A stretch of DNA of 64,000 nucleotides from the NCBI GenBank assembly GCA_965223865.1, contig OZ245020.1:992001-1056000 (forward strand), given 5' to 3'. This DNA comes from Nitrosarchaeum sp. (lineage in GTDB: Archaea > Thermoproteota > Nitrososphaeria > Nitrososphaerales > Nitrosopumilaceae). Within the stretch, counting starts at the first letter, position 1, and every line of letters begins with the position of its first letter. Made by a program: the position numbers and the translations under genes. Below, one piece after another: positions 38,282 through 49,600 of this stretch. The notes under the pieces are model-generated. The model searched no databases. It was not told the origin of the DNA and saw only the letters and a list, made by a program, of their open reading frames with translations.

Positions 38282-39030
38282 AGACTGGAAATAAAATGAT
38301 CATATCCCTGGTTGCAATATTTGCAGTTTCTATTCCTATTTTTTATTTTACACAGGAAACATCTTTTGAAACCTCAATCCAAACAGATCCAGTAGACAAA
38401 CGAGAAGATCTTGATGAAGTTATACATTCTAACACGTCTTGTGTCAGCTTCTGGCGTACAGAATTATTCGAGATGCGGAAAGATGTCACTTATGATTATA
38501 AAAATGATCCCATATTCATAGAGTGCTCAGATGCCCTGACATCCCAAAGACACCTTGAAAGTCTGGAATTTGACAAATGGAGTGGACAGGGAGACGTTCA
38601 CTATGAAAGGGTAGACAGTGATAAAAAATACTGGGCAACCCTAAAGGACATCAAGTTACGTGGTGATGATGAGTCAATCCAGGTTACTTTTTCAGGCAAT
38701 GACTTTGAGACAAGCTGGACTACCACAGGACAGCAAAAGAAAACCTACACTGTTCCAGACTTTAGGATTGTCACAACAATTCACAAGGGCCAAGAGTTTG
38801 TTGCACTCTGCACCGACACGGTTGAGCGCAGAATTCATGTCCTAAAATATGACGGAATCACAGAAAAAGATGGAATTGACTACTATTCCTTTTGGCACAA
38901 GTCAACTACAATTCCAATTGAAGACTTGCCCAAGTGTCAATATCCGTCCATAATTAAGGACAGCAAAAGTGTTGATTTTGACTTGGGAGAAAAGCCAACT
39001 TCAGAAGTTTGGGACCATGACTGGGAATAG
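38278..39030 (+). CDS. Membrane-anchored hypothetical protein (MKTG head); C-terminal domain related to 59740
   Basis: ATGA overlap with the upstream stop; ...FW...C..P.I...S shared with 59740. Confidence 0.8.
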   Translation: MKTGNKMIISLVAIFAVSIPIFYFTQETSFETSIQTDPVDKREDLDEVIHSNTSCVSFWRTELFEMRKDVTYDYKNDPIFIECSDALTSQRHLESLEFDKWSGQGDVHYERVDSDKKYWATLKDIKLRGDDESIQVTFSGNDFETSWTTTGQQKKTYTVPDFRIVTTIHKGQEFVALCTDTVERRIHVLKYDGITEKDGIDYYSFWHKSTTIPIEDLPKCQYPSIIKDSKSVDFDLGEKPTSEVWDHDWE

Positions 39031-39033
39031 AAG

Positions 39034-39990
39034 ATGAAGACTGAATTTGGAATAATTGTTCTGGTGGCAATCATAGCTTCTGCAACATTGTTTTTCATAT
39101 ACCAAAACCCAAATGAAATCCCAAAATCAATGTCATTTAAAAAACAAACAAGTGAAATTATTCAAATCAATGAAAACTCAAAAAAATACAAACTGGATAA
39201 CGACATGCAACAATTCAATGCATCAAAAAAACTGATGGAGGAGAAACTCAAGGAACTTTCATGGGATTTGCTTGGAATCAAGATTTCCAAAGTCACATTA
39301 CTTGAAGGCCAATATCCGTTCCTAACTGTGCAGGAAAGAGCAGAAAAGTTTGACCTTGATCCTTCCTCAGTGTGTGCCTTTGAGCAAAACATCCCTCTGC
39401 AACTACAAAAAATCTCCCAGATAGACAATTTTCAGATGTTTTCCAAAAAATACCGATCACATACTATTGAACTAGACATATTTGATGAGCGAAATGACAT
39501 ATCAAACATTCACTATGGGTTGATTGCAACAAATGACAATGAGCAGAGTGCATCTACTTTCTTTCATCTTGATACGTGTACCAACAAGATAACGGACAAA
39601 CAACCATATTCTTTGAATTGCTTTGATGCAAATAGCGACTATAAGTTTGCCACATTCAACACCGATGATGTTCTGTCTAGCTACTCAAACGGCCATTTCT
39701 GCAAGATAGAGTTGGATCCTTGGCGTCAATCTCTTCATGAATATTCATTGACATTACGTGAGCAACTCCGACAACTAGAACAAGAATCCATGACAGGAAT
39801 TGTAGATCAAGAATCCCATTGGAAGTTCATCTCGGAGATGAACAAACTAGGAGATCTTGGAAACCTTGTTGCACAAGTTACTCACTACAACTATGATGAA
39901 CAAGGCTTACAAGAAAAAATTGAACAATATGAGAAACAGTATGGAAGCATTCCTGAGGAATTGTCAGAACTAATGGAGAAGAGAAAATGA
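39034..39990 (+). CDS. Membrane-anchored hypothetical protein (MKTE head)
   Basis: N-terminal TM helix, 318 aa, coupled to both neighbours. Confidence 0.8.
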   Translation: MKTEFGIIVLVAIIASATLFFIYQNPNEIPKSMSFKKQTSEIIQINENSKKYKLDNDMQQFNASKKLMEEKLKELSWDLLGIKISKVTLLEGQYPFLTVQERAEKFDLDPSSVCAFEQNIPLQLQKISQIDNFQMFSKKYRSHTIELDIFDERNDISNIHYGLIATNDNEQSASTFFHLDTCTNKITDKQPYSLNCFDANSDYKFATFNTDDVLSSYSNGHFCKIELDPWRQSLHEYSLTLREQLRQLEQESMTGIVDQESHWKFISEMNKLGDLGNLVAQVTHYNYDEQGLQEKIEQYEKQYGSIPEELSELMEKRK

Positions 39991-41354
39991 AAACTAACCT
40001 TTTGATAATCATTGGGATTGTTTTGACATCTGCAGTAATTGGAACAATTTTTGCCATTTTTATGATTTCTTATGATAACACACCTCAGACCACATTTGAC
40101 TATGATGTAGATTATGATGATCTTGTAGTGAGAGATGTTAGCATGATAGTGTACAAGACAGTGAATGATCATCCAGGAAAGAGTTGCTTTACTTTGTCTT
40201 CAGATGACCTAAATAGATTCCCAGATGACTTTTTAGATGACCTGAACAGTGCTGCACAAGAAGGGTTGCGTGAAGATCCTCAAATCTATCCTCCAGGCGT
40301 GTATACAGGATACGGCATGAATGCAGAAAAGAATCTTGTACTGGATCTTGTAACAAAGTACAACTTTAGTGAAACCCAAAATGTCTCTACTGACAACATC
40401 GCATCAATTCCTGACTCTGAATACCTTTTTGACTGCTTTTTTGATTATGATGGCAAGCAGTACCTGTTAAGACTAGAGTTTCAGCAACAACTACATGATG
40501 GCAATTTTGCAAATGTAAATGTCACAAAGAACAGTTTGGGCATTCCACATATCCTCAATGAGGATATTGTTGTGTTTCACGGTGGCTTCAACAGTACAGT
40601 TCTGTTTCACAATAACTTGAACACTGAAATCACTCTTTTCACACATGAGCCAACAGTGAATTTTGTAGATGAGGACGATGGAGACATTCATGAAAACAGA
40701 TTTGCAAAAACATTATCTGACTTTGAAACAATCATTCCACCCGGAAAATTCTTCTCATACTATTTTTCGCCGCACAAAGATAAGAATGATTTGCCAATAA
40801 GATATATGATAAAACCTTTTGATCTAGAGGGAACAGTAACTGTGAAACCCTATCCTCGGTGCATGACAGAAAACGAAGTAGCATCACTTTATGGTACGGT
40901 GAATGTGTATCCAAAGTTTCCAAAATATCTTCCAGGGGGATACACCTTTGAATGTGGAGTGCACAATACAAACGCGTTTGTGCATCTTGTTTACATGACT
41001 GACGAACAGCGCTCAAAGTTCACTGACACGGCAAATGCTGCATTTAACAGGGAATTTTTTGCAGATGGGGGTCTGGTGATTGACTATTATGATGAGGCAT
41101 GGAATGGGTGGATTGAAGATCCTAACTATGACAAGTTTGAAAAGGCACAAGAAAATTCACAGCACCCCAAATCCAAGACACTTGTCATTTCAGACCAGCC
41201 AGCAGTAATGATCAAGGAGTATTTTTGGGATGATGGGCAGCAGCATTCCTTTAACCGATTGGAGCTTTTTCTTGATGAAGAGCAAATCCGAATAAAAAGC
41301 GGTTTGGACGAAGAAGAATTGATTAAGATTGCAGAATCTTTTTTTGACAGGTAA
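39987..41354 (+). CDS. Membrane-anchored mosaic protein (MKTN head); C-terminal P.YLP.GY...EEL.KIAES domain
   Basis: ATGA overlap; C-terminal domain resembles that of 57639. Confidence 0.8.
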   Translation: MKTNLLIIIGIVLTSAVIGTIFAIFMISYDNTPQTTFDYDVDYDDLVVRDVSMIVYKTVNDHPGKSCFTLSSDDLNRFPDDFLDDLNSAAQEGLREDPQIYPPGVYTGYGMNAEKNLVLDLVTKYNFSETQNVSTDNIASIPDSEYLFDCFFDYDGKQYLLRLEFQQQLHDGNFANVNVTKNSLGIPHILNEDIVVFHGGFNSTVLFHNNLNTEITLFTHEPTVNFVDEDDGDIHENRFAKTLSDFETIIPPGKFFSYYFSPHKDKNDLPIRYMIKPFDLEGTVTVKPYPRCMTENEVASLYGTVNVYPKFPKYLPGGYTFECGVHNTNAFVHLVYMTDEQRSKFTDTANAAFNREFFADGGLVIDYYDEAWNGWIEDPNYDKFEKAQENSQHPKSKTLVISDQPAVMIKEYFWDDGQQHSFNRLELFLDEEQIRIKSGLDEEELIKIAESFFDR

Positions 41355-41363
41355 GATTTGAAA

Positions 41364-41522
41364 ATGAAAACTAGGTTTTTGGTATTAATTGGAATTGTTA
41401 TTGCATTGACAATTTCTTTCTTTGCTCTAGATCCATCACAAGATCATATTGCCCAGTATTTTCTGACTGATGAACAATTTGAGGAGATGATTTTGAATAA
41501 TGATATGCTGACAGATATTTGA
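41364..41522 (+). pseudogene. Truncated MKTR-head gene
   Basis: MKTRFLVLIGIVIALTISFFALDPSQDHIAQYFLTDEQFEEMILNNDMLTDI*; 52 aa. Confidence 0.6.
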
Positions 41523-41741
41523 CATATAATGAATCAAGTATTGTACGATGATAGAGATGATCTAAATGAGGTCGTTTATGCTTCCTGTTTCTCACGTATC
41601 ATTAAGGTAACTTCATCTAACTAGAGGAATACAACGAATTTCTTAGAATTTTAAAAGATTAAACCGTAACAAAAATTCCTTCTATGTGAGCGCTTTATTT
41701 TGAAATTATTTTTTGAGAAAGATTTGGTTTTGTGATTACTG

Positions 41742-42962
41742 TTAAGGAGAATCAAGAGTGATGTAACCCGATTTATAATAAACAATATCAATTTCATTCC
41801 CTACAATTTCTCTTAACATCTTGTCAGTTCTTTCTAGAGTCTCTCTGGTAAATTTTTCTTTCACTATTCCTACTTTAATACCTGCAACCTTTCCAGCATA
41901 TCGCTCGTCTAATGAATATGCATCAAGACCAAATGTCACCCCAGAAAAACTTGGAATTGGAAATTTTTCTCTATCATAAGTGCCAAATTTTTCAGAAAAC
42001 AGAGTACTCTTTTCCCAAAGTGTCTTTACTAACTCCCATGATACTTTTTCATTAAAGGCCATATCTGCATGAAGTATAATCAATTCTTGTTCATCATAGA
42101 GTTCATTTCTTTCTTTTTCTGCAATATTTGGATCTTCAATCAAAGTATCTAACTCTAATTTCCTTTTTTCTAATAGTCGAAGATCTTCCAATGACAACAA
42201 ATCTTCCTGTACCATCATCCCTGTGCCCCTTATCACTACTGGACTGTATTTTAGAATATGACTATCTCCTTTAGATTCCTTTTTGGCCCAACCACGTTCT
42301 GTCAATTTTGATATAGAACCTGAATCTACACAAACAGGAATATGCTTTTGTTCATAAAACTTGTATATCTTTGAAAGGTTTGGGTGGCAAATTACTTCCT
42401 GGAAACTGACATCATTTTTCATCTGCTTTAGTGGTGGCAGTATGTGTGAATATGGAGGGTTGTGGATGACGTCACATGAAACATTTGTTATGTTATCAGA
42501 AAGTCCAAACGTACCAATAATTTCAATTTCTTTAGAACCTGACGATAACAAAATTCCGTATTCTCTGCTCTGTGCATGACCTGTTTCATTATAACTTGTT
42601 TCCTCACCATCCACTAAGATGATAAACTCCTTGTCTTTGTCTTCATGTTTCATATCCAACAAATCCCTCGGTATGTCAATTACAAGCGTTCCAGAATCAT
42701 TTGATGTAATGCGGATAACAAGAGAGTTGGATTCGCAATAGGGAATTATCTCATCAATTGTGCTATTTGTTATGTTGTATGGAATATTGTATTTGATCTG
42801 TTTTGTTGTTATGCTGTAAACATCTGATAGTGGAATCGTTGTTGGGGAATAACTAGAAGAGTACATTATCTGGGCATTTGCATCTGGAATAGTCAGAAAA
42901 TAGGACAACGCCGGTACGCCACAAACAGCAATTGCAAAAATTATCAAAAGCCTAGTTTTCAT
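41742..42962 (-). CDS. Secreted mosaic protein (MKTR head): PEFG-protein-like beta domain + PLKQ..RGW module
   Basis: LVIDIPRDLLD..FIILVDGEE..Y.E; PPLKQ...C...PVCV...KLTERGW. Confidence 0.82.
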   Translation of the reverse strand: MKTRLLIIFAIAVCGVPALSYFLTIPDANAQIMYSSSYSPTTIPLSDVYSITTKQIKYNIPYNITNSTIDEIIPYCESNSLVIRITSNDSGTLVIDIPRDLLDMKHEDKDKEFIILVDGEETSYNETGHAQSREYGILLSSGSKEIEIIGTFGLSDNITNVSCDVIHNPPYSHILPPLKQMKNDVSFQEVICHPNLSKIYKFYEQKHIPVCVDSGSISKLTERGWAKKESKGDSHILKYSPVVIRGTGMMVQEDLLSLEDLRLLEKRKLELDTLIEDPNIAEKERNELYDEQELIILHADMAFNEKVSWELVKTLWEKSTLFSEKFGTYDREKFPIPSFSGVTFGLDAYSLDERYAGKVAGIKVGIVKEKFTRETLERTDKMLREIVGNEIDIVYYKSGYITLDSP

Positions 42963-42964
42963 TT

Positions 42965-45109
42965 TCAATCCGAATCTTTGGAAATCAAAAACATGTCATT
43001 GTACTCATGTTCAGGGAAAAAGTTCCTGACAATCTCTTTTTTGATAAATTCCACATTCTTTCCGTTTATGGCATAGTAAAAACCGTCATCTTTGAACCTG
43101 ACCTCATATGTCCTGAGTCTTTCATTGTCTGTATCGTCTTCTCTTTCAAATACGTATTTGTTAACGGTAATTGCTGTGTCTCCTAATTGGAACAATTCAG
43201 AGTGTGATTTTGTCCAGTATGTGTATCCTGTACTGACTGAGTATTTTCCAATTTCCATGAGTATTTTTCCAGAATTGTCAGGAAAGTCAAGATATGATAT
43301 TTTTGCCCTGTATTGCTCGGGCGCAATTTCAGACAAGTCGTATCCGGCAAACTGTAATGGAATGGGCGGATAATCAGGATATGTATTTGCAAACGACTCT
43401 GCAAGGAATTCAGATCCGCTGCGAAAGTCATCAAATGAGATCTCCCTGCCATAGCCGATTACCCCATTCTCTGTTTTGGTCCATCTTGGCGGTTCTGCAT
43501 ACAGCAATCCGTTCTCATCAACTGACAGGTCAAGATAAGGCAGCGCAGTCATCGGAGTTGACCTGTGAATCATTCCGGTAGTCATCGCACCGTCAACTAC
43601 CCTGTACATGCCACCTTGACACGGATTCTCAATCCTCTGCCTTCCGTCATCTGGCCAATACTTTACGATGCATGCATCATCAAGAGACTTTGCATTGTAT
43701 GCCCTGTATGCCGAGGCATCATTTGCATCACCGCCCATCCATTCTGGAAGGCGAATCAGCATGAACAGCCTGTAAGTGTCGGCGTTTCTAGGTATTGGCG
43801 TATTGGGTTCATGTATTGGGGATTCTGGATAATAGAATAATTCCATGCTGTTTGGTTTCATTGTTGAAATATTTTCAAAATTGATAAGATCTTTTTTGAT
43901 TGCCTGAGAATCTTTTGTTTTAGTTTCTGAGATTAGTTTTGTTTCTACAGTTTCTCCATGTTCCTTGCAATCATATTTTGCAATTTTTTGTTCAATATGC
44001 TCTTGAGGCAGTTCATACTGGTGAACCCTTTGATAGTAGCAATGAAAATCAACATTAATTATGTCATGATTCTCATCAAAAACCAAATTCATCCTGACAA
44101 AATAACCCTCATCGCTTCCAGAAGAATATGAGACATGATCCATTCTTACTGAGACCTGTACGTCATCATACGTTTCATAAAACGCTACAACTTCTGGCAG
44201 ATTCTTGAAGCGCTCAAGTAGAGAGAAATCAGATTTTGTTTCATGTTTGGCCCATCCCCTTTCAATGAGCTTGTCCCTTGTTTCGGGTGTAACACATGCG
44301 GTTCTGCCATCATAAAATTGATGTTCCTTTTGTGATAGTTTTTGGTACCCTTCCTTGCACTGTATGAAAAATGACTCCATTCCAAGATCTGACTGCTGGC
44401 GTGGTGAGAGTTGTGCAGTTGCATCTACAAGGTTGCCTGTCTTTGTCTGCACATCTCCTGTTGAAAATTTGCCTTTTTCATTTACCGAAAACTCCCAGTC
44501 AATTACTATTGTACATGTTTTCTTTTCTGTCCTTGGTTGCTCATAATGATACAGTACAATGTTTGTTCTATAGTCTCCCTGTTTTACTGTCTTTGTCAGG
44601 ACTTCAAATTTTGATTTTCCCTCCATAAAGTCGTACAGTCTCTTTTCTTCATCAATTACAGCATCTTTGCCAAAAGTTTCAATTCCGAAGACGAGTGAAC
44701 CAGAATCCAAACCAATTCCAAACCCTGTAACTTGATTGTTGTTCTCATCATATACGTATCCGTAATATCTTGGCTGTCCACTTTCTTCTGGCATAACCGC
44801 TTTGAGGTAACGGTACGAATCAGTCCCGTGTTCATTTAGAAACATGAAAAAATTTCCTTCAGTTTCTGCCAGTTTTTTGGTGGGATTGCTGACTAGGTCA
44901 GTGTCTTTGATTTCAAATGTTGGAATGGTGCATTGTGCATCCTTTGGATCCTGGACAAACTCTCTTACTCCATTTCCAATTCTGTAAATGTTTGGCTGTT
45001 CATCAAAAAATTCTGAAACACCAGAAATGAGACCATGGCCTTGCTGGATTGGTATTGCAAATACAAGCAATCCCAAGACTGCAATTATGACAAAATGTTT
45101 CAAATACAT
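42965..45109 (-). CDS. Large secreted mosaic protein with RGW module and a ligand-less Rieske-like domain
   Basis: Signal peptide; TACVTPETRDKLIERGW; AYNAKSLDDACIVKYW...IENPCQGGMY...G..ALP.LDL. Confidence 0.82.
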   Translation of the reverse strand: MYLKHFVIIAVLGLLVFAIPIQQGHGLISGVSEFFDEQPNIYRIGNGVREFVQDPKDAQCTIPTFEIKDTDLVSNPTKKLAETEGNFFMFLNEHGTDSYRYLKAVMPEESGQPRYYGYVYDENNNQVTGFGIGLDSGSLVFGIETFGKDAVIDEEKRLYDFMEGKSKFEVLTKTVKQGDYRTNIVLYHYEQPRTEKKTCTIVIDWEFSVNEKGKFSTGDVQTKTGNLVDATAQLSPRQQSDLGMESFFIQCKEGYQKLSQKEHQFYDGRTACVTPETRDKLIERGWAKHETKSDFSLLERFKNLPEVVAFYETYDDVQVSVRMDHVSYSSGSDEGYFVRMNLVFDENHDIINVDFHCYYQRVHQYELPQEHIEQKIAKYDCKEHGETVETKLISETKTKDSQAIKKDLINFENISTMKPNSMELFYYPESPIHEPNTPIPRNADTYRLFMLIRLPEWMGGDANDASAYRAYNAKSLDDACIVKYWPDDGRQRIENPCQGGMYRVVDGAMTTGMIHRSTPMTALPYLDLSVDENGLLYAEPPRWTKTENGVIGYGREISFDDFRSGSEFLAESFANTYPDYPPIPLQFAGYDLSEIAPEQYRAKISYLDFPDNSGKILMEIGKYSVSTGYTYWTKSHSELFQLGDTAITVNKYVFEREDDTDNERLRTYEVRFKDDGFYYAINGKNVEFIKKEIVRNFFPEHEYNDMFLISKDSD

Positions 45110-45129
45110 CTTGGTTTCAAAATAACAAA

Positions 45130-45146
45130 TTCATAAGTTCTTCTAA
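45130..45146 (-). promoter_or_regulatory. Conserved BRE/TATA-like motif, copy 2
   Basis: Reverse complement reads TTAGAAGAACTTATGAA, 20 nt before ATG 45109. Confidence 0.75.
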
Positions 45147-45184
45147 CAATTTATGTTCCTGAGACAGACATCCAAGAAACTGTT

Positions 45185-46534
45185 TTACGGGATTGGTATT
45201 TTAAATTCCCACGGGCCTTCAATGATAACAAGTTTTCCTGGGGGACGGTGCTCTTGCGGCAAGTTTGTTTGGGATGGTAATGCAGAAGAACGCATACCAG
45301 AATGAGATTCATCAATTCCATCTTGGTTGCGTTTAAACCATTGAATCTCCTTTATACTAACGGTCAACTCCTTAGCTTTTGGATCAAGTAGAGGTAGCAA
45401 GAATTGATACCATTCCTGCTCTGATACTGCCTCTTTTGTGGAAAGGTCTGGCCCTGTATGTCTAGTACCGCCATTTTCAAATGCTGTGTGATATAGATTA
45501 CCTAGATCATCCCTTAGTGCAATTACAAACCGCGGTTCACCAAGCATGCTAGTTATGCTGTTTACCTTATCCACATTGGTAAAATCTTCTTCAGATATCT
45601 TGATTCGTTGCTCAGAATAAAATATCATCTTCATTATATTCTCATAAATCTCAAGTGATGCCATTGTCACCTTGATTCCGTCAACGTAAACCTGCTTTGC
45701 TATTGGCACTACTCTTGTCAGGTTTCTTGGTTTGAGCTTGAATCCCGGCTCTAGCACATCAGGGTCCACGTCCTGGAATTCAAACCTTGTATCCTTGCCG
45801 ATGCTCCAAAATGATCTTCCTTCAGGCTTTACATCCAATATTATTGAGGAAAAACAACGAGGCAATGGAGCAGGCGGAGATGCAGGACGCTTGCCGCCTC
45901 TTTCTCTGCTTTGTCTTCGCTGCAGTCTGAACTGCTCTTGTTGCTGCTGTTCTGTCTTTCTTTGCTCTGCAAAAGAGCCTTCCTTGAAGGAAATGCTGAT
46001 TTTGTCATCTTTTTGAATCAGCAAGTCTTTGGCATCATCCCAGTCTATCTGTTCTTTGTATCCGGGCATTATCTTCTCAAGCATGTCAAGCGTTCCAAGT
46101 GTTATGGTGGTTGCAGTTGAGTCTTTGTCATTTGGAAATGACAAATCTGGATTGTCCTCAAACCTGCTTACTCTCACTAGGCCGGTTTGACCTCCTCTCG
46201 AACCCAAGTGTGATTCTACCAAACGGTTTATTCTGATTTTTGGGTACGGGTCTGGTCTTTCTGATGAGCTGTTTTTGTTTTTATATTCTATTTCAACATC
46301 ATAGATTCTCGCGTTCTTGTTTGTCACATAGTTTCTATCTTCATCAAGGGCAAAACATATGGCAGCAGTACTTTTTGTAGTTCCTTCAAGTTTTACGACA
46401 TTCCCCTGTTTGATGTCAAGCTGTTTCATGTGGCTCTGTCCTATCCTTACAACTGACTTACATTGGTCATCCTCATCTGCAGGATGTATCCTGAACATAA
46501 GATGAGATGTATGTTGATCAGCATTATTGTTCAT
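45185..46534 (-). CDS. Cytoplasmic protein with CDC48/VAT N-domain-like region but no AAA ATPase domain
   Basis: A...DQCKSVVRI....MKQLDIKQGNVVKLEG...T.A...IRI; no Walker A/B; ends GPWEFKIP. Confidence 0.65.
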   Translation of the reverse strand: MNNNADQHTSHLMFRIHPADEDDQCKSVVRIGQSHMKQLDIKQGNVVKLEGTTKSTAAICFALDEDRNYVTNKNARIYDVEIEYKNKNSSSERPDPYPKIRINRLVESHLGSRGGQTGLVRVSRFEDNPDLSFPNDKDSTATTITLGTLDMLEKIMPGYKEQIDWDDAKDLLIQKDDKISISFKEGSFAEQRKTEQQQQEQFRLQRRQSRERGGKRPASPPAPLPRCFSSIILDVKPEGRSFWSIGKDTRFEFQDVDPDVLEPGFKLKPRNLTRVVPIAKQVYVDGIKVTMASLEIYENIMKMIFYSEQRIKISEEDFTNVDKVNSITSMLGEPRFVIALRDDLGNLYHTAFENGGTRHTGPDLSTKEAVSEQEWYQFLLPLLDPKAKELTVSIKEIQWFKRNQDGIDESHSGMRSSALPSQTNLPQEHRPPGKLVIIEGPWEFKIPIP

Positions 46535-46621
46535 AGAATTAGCCCTCCATAGTTTTCTGATTTAAAACATTGTTCATTTTCTCATGTCTCTTTTTCATTC
46601 TAGATATCTCAATTGATTTTC

Positions 46622-49600
46622 TTATGAACTAAAAGATATTTCCCATGGAATATCTTTTGGAATCACCTCATCGGCTAGAGATGCGTATAGTTCAATTTCA
46701 TCAGGATTATTCTCCAAATCCTTTTGCAATATTATTTCAATTATCTTTGATTGTGAGTTTATCTCCACAAATACTAGTGGGATAGATTCTGTTATGTTTT
46801 GTTGATCAATTTTCCAGTCCAAATTATTTTTTATTGAATCTTCAAAAGTTTCTTTTGCTAAAACATACTTTGCGTATACTTCAGGACCAAACTTGTACAT
46901 CTTGATGTTTTCTGCTTCGATTTCACCTATTCTTTCAAATATCTCCTCAGAAGTGTACTCTATAACATCACCCTCATTTCCGAAAATATTTTGTTGAGAG
47001 TGTATGTTCATCTCAATCATCATGAGTTTTTCTGCAGTCTTAAATCCAAGATCTCCGTTGTAGGTGCCATTTCTGACGGTACCAACATCCATTGTCATCA
47101 GGTTATCTAGTGAAAAGTAATTGTATTTTGCCATAGATTCCAGTTCGGCAAGCTGTTCCTCAATATCCTGTGAAGATTCAGGACCATATGAGACAAATAT
47201 TCTGTCATCTTCAGTTATTACATATTGAGAGATGTCCCCCTTTCTCTCATCATTTACATAAAATTTCAAAACATATTCATCATCATTGCAAAAGTCCCTT
47301 CCATCTGGAAATACAAAACATTCTTGGTTTAGATTCATACCAAGAGTCTCAAAGAACAACCCGATGGTTGCATCTTTAGAGTTTCTGTGGATGAGGTCTG
47401 GTTGTGCAGGCTCTAAATTGATCTTTGGATCTTTTAGATGAAACTGTGGTTGTGAGAAATCAAACTTGTCTCCAAACACCTTGACTAGAATGGTTGCATG
47501 CGCATGTGGTCCTTCTTGAATTATTCCTGATTCTGGAGAATAGTATGATGTGGTCCACTCATCAACTATCTTGTATTGTAGATGAGTATAGTATGCATGT
47601 GTTGCATCATTCATTGTTTTTTCAAACGGACACAAGACAGTCTCATTTATGATTGCCTCAGTATTTGGAAGCAATTCTACTTTGGGCTTGAACATGGAGA
47701 CAAACTTGATGTCATAGATTCCATTTTCGTCAGGATAAATTCCCTTGTCCGTTGACCTAAAGTATACGGTGTCTGTATCAGTCCTTGTGGGCAATGTGTA
47801 GTGCCAACCAGATTCTCCTTCGACTCTTTCCTCTCCATTACATAACAAAGGAAATACAAAAAGTGGCATGGGAATACCAAAGTTTTCAGGCATTCTTTCT
47901 CTGTCTATTGCATCATTTCCATTCTGGTCCACTGTTTCAGATATTCTGTATGGGTCAGGCAAAAAGCCCCACAACTTGTCACGGTTGTCTCCGTGATATC
48001 CGATTGATTGAAATGTCCAGTGGGTTGTGTCTGGATATCCTCCCTGAGATACCTCGGTAATCAACAAAGGAATCAATCCCTTATTGTTTACCCTATCACC
48101 TGGACTCAATATGGTGCCAATTGTAGGAGATACAATAGTTCTATCCCTTGGGTTTTGTCTTTCTGTCAAATCCTCAGATTCAGTTAGCAGAAAAGTATCA
48201 TCAATCTCTGCAAGATGTACTATGTTGTTTTGTACAAGTGTAATCTCTACTGTGTGTTTTAGTGGATTCTTGTCACCATCATATATTGGATTATTTGACT
48301 CAAAAGAACCTTTGATGATAAATGCTGGAGGAACAGAATGCCTTGTCATGTAAATTTCCAATTTTAAAGAGTCTTCAACTATTTTTGTAGAAAGTTTAGG
48401 ATGTGACAGAAGATAGTTTTTTGCAGCATTAAGCGCTATCGTTTCAAATGACTTGTCAGATATAATTTCCCTATCCAGCATTCTGTCATAACTTGCAGCA
48501 GTGACACATATTGGCTGCATGTCATCATCTTGTCGCAGTGCAAGTACATATCCTTTAGAGCGTTCTTCATTGCATCGTACATCTTCAATCTCAACTCCTG
48601 ATTTTATCTGATGGTTTGGTGGCAGTATCTCTTTGATTATTCCGAGACATTCTTTAGGTGTCCCATTGGGACTCAGATTCTTCATGTCTTCAAAAGAGCC
48701 TCCCAAGTCATGGCTTGCAGTATACAGTATGCAGTTGGTATCAGAGTCTCCTTTTGCAACAAAGTAAATGCTGTCGTTTTGAGTTGCAATGTCTGGAAAT
48801 CTAAATGCAGGAGGATTGCTCTCCAGCACATCTACAGGTTTTGCAAACGACTTGCCACCATCATTGCTGCGAGAAACATAGATGGCGCCATCACCATACG
48901 GAGGATTCTTGGTAGTCATTGCCATAGAGTAGAGATTCGAATCATTTTTGACAGTAATTATATCCCCATACATGTTGAGTAGATCATTTAATGGGTGAAC
49001 CTTTACCTCAAAGTCACCACCTAAATTATCACTTGTCGCGTACCATATTTTCTCTGTCTGGTTTTTTCCATCCCAGTAAACCTCATTCCATTTGACATAG
49101 ACAAAGTCATCATGTGCAAAAATGCTAGATCCTTGTGAGCCATGAATATCAATTGATTCTGGATCAGAGTTGAGCTTGGAGGGTTCTGAGAACGTCTCAC
49201 CCCTGTCATGACTCTTAACAAACACAAAATGCCATCTGTCATTTTCCCATGCCCTCCATGCAGCATACACGTTATCTTCTGAAACAGCAATGTTTGCAAA
49301 TGTAACTGCAGTGTCTCCCCCATTAACGCTGATAATTTCACTCAGGGTTCCATTAGGAAGAATCTTTCTTAGTAACAATTCTCCTTTCTCGTCATAGTTT
49401 TTTCCGTCATCTGCCATGACATAGATTGTACCATCTCGTTTGTCCACTTCAAAGTCTACAAACTCATCCCATTGTGAAAACTCAAAGATTACCTTGGGTT
49501 CAGAAAATGTGTTTCCAAAATCATTACTGCTTATGACAATGATGTTGTTGTTCTTTGTGTTTCTATCCCAGTTGTTTGCAAATATGTACACAACATCATT

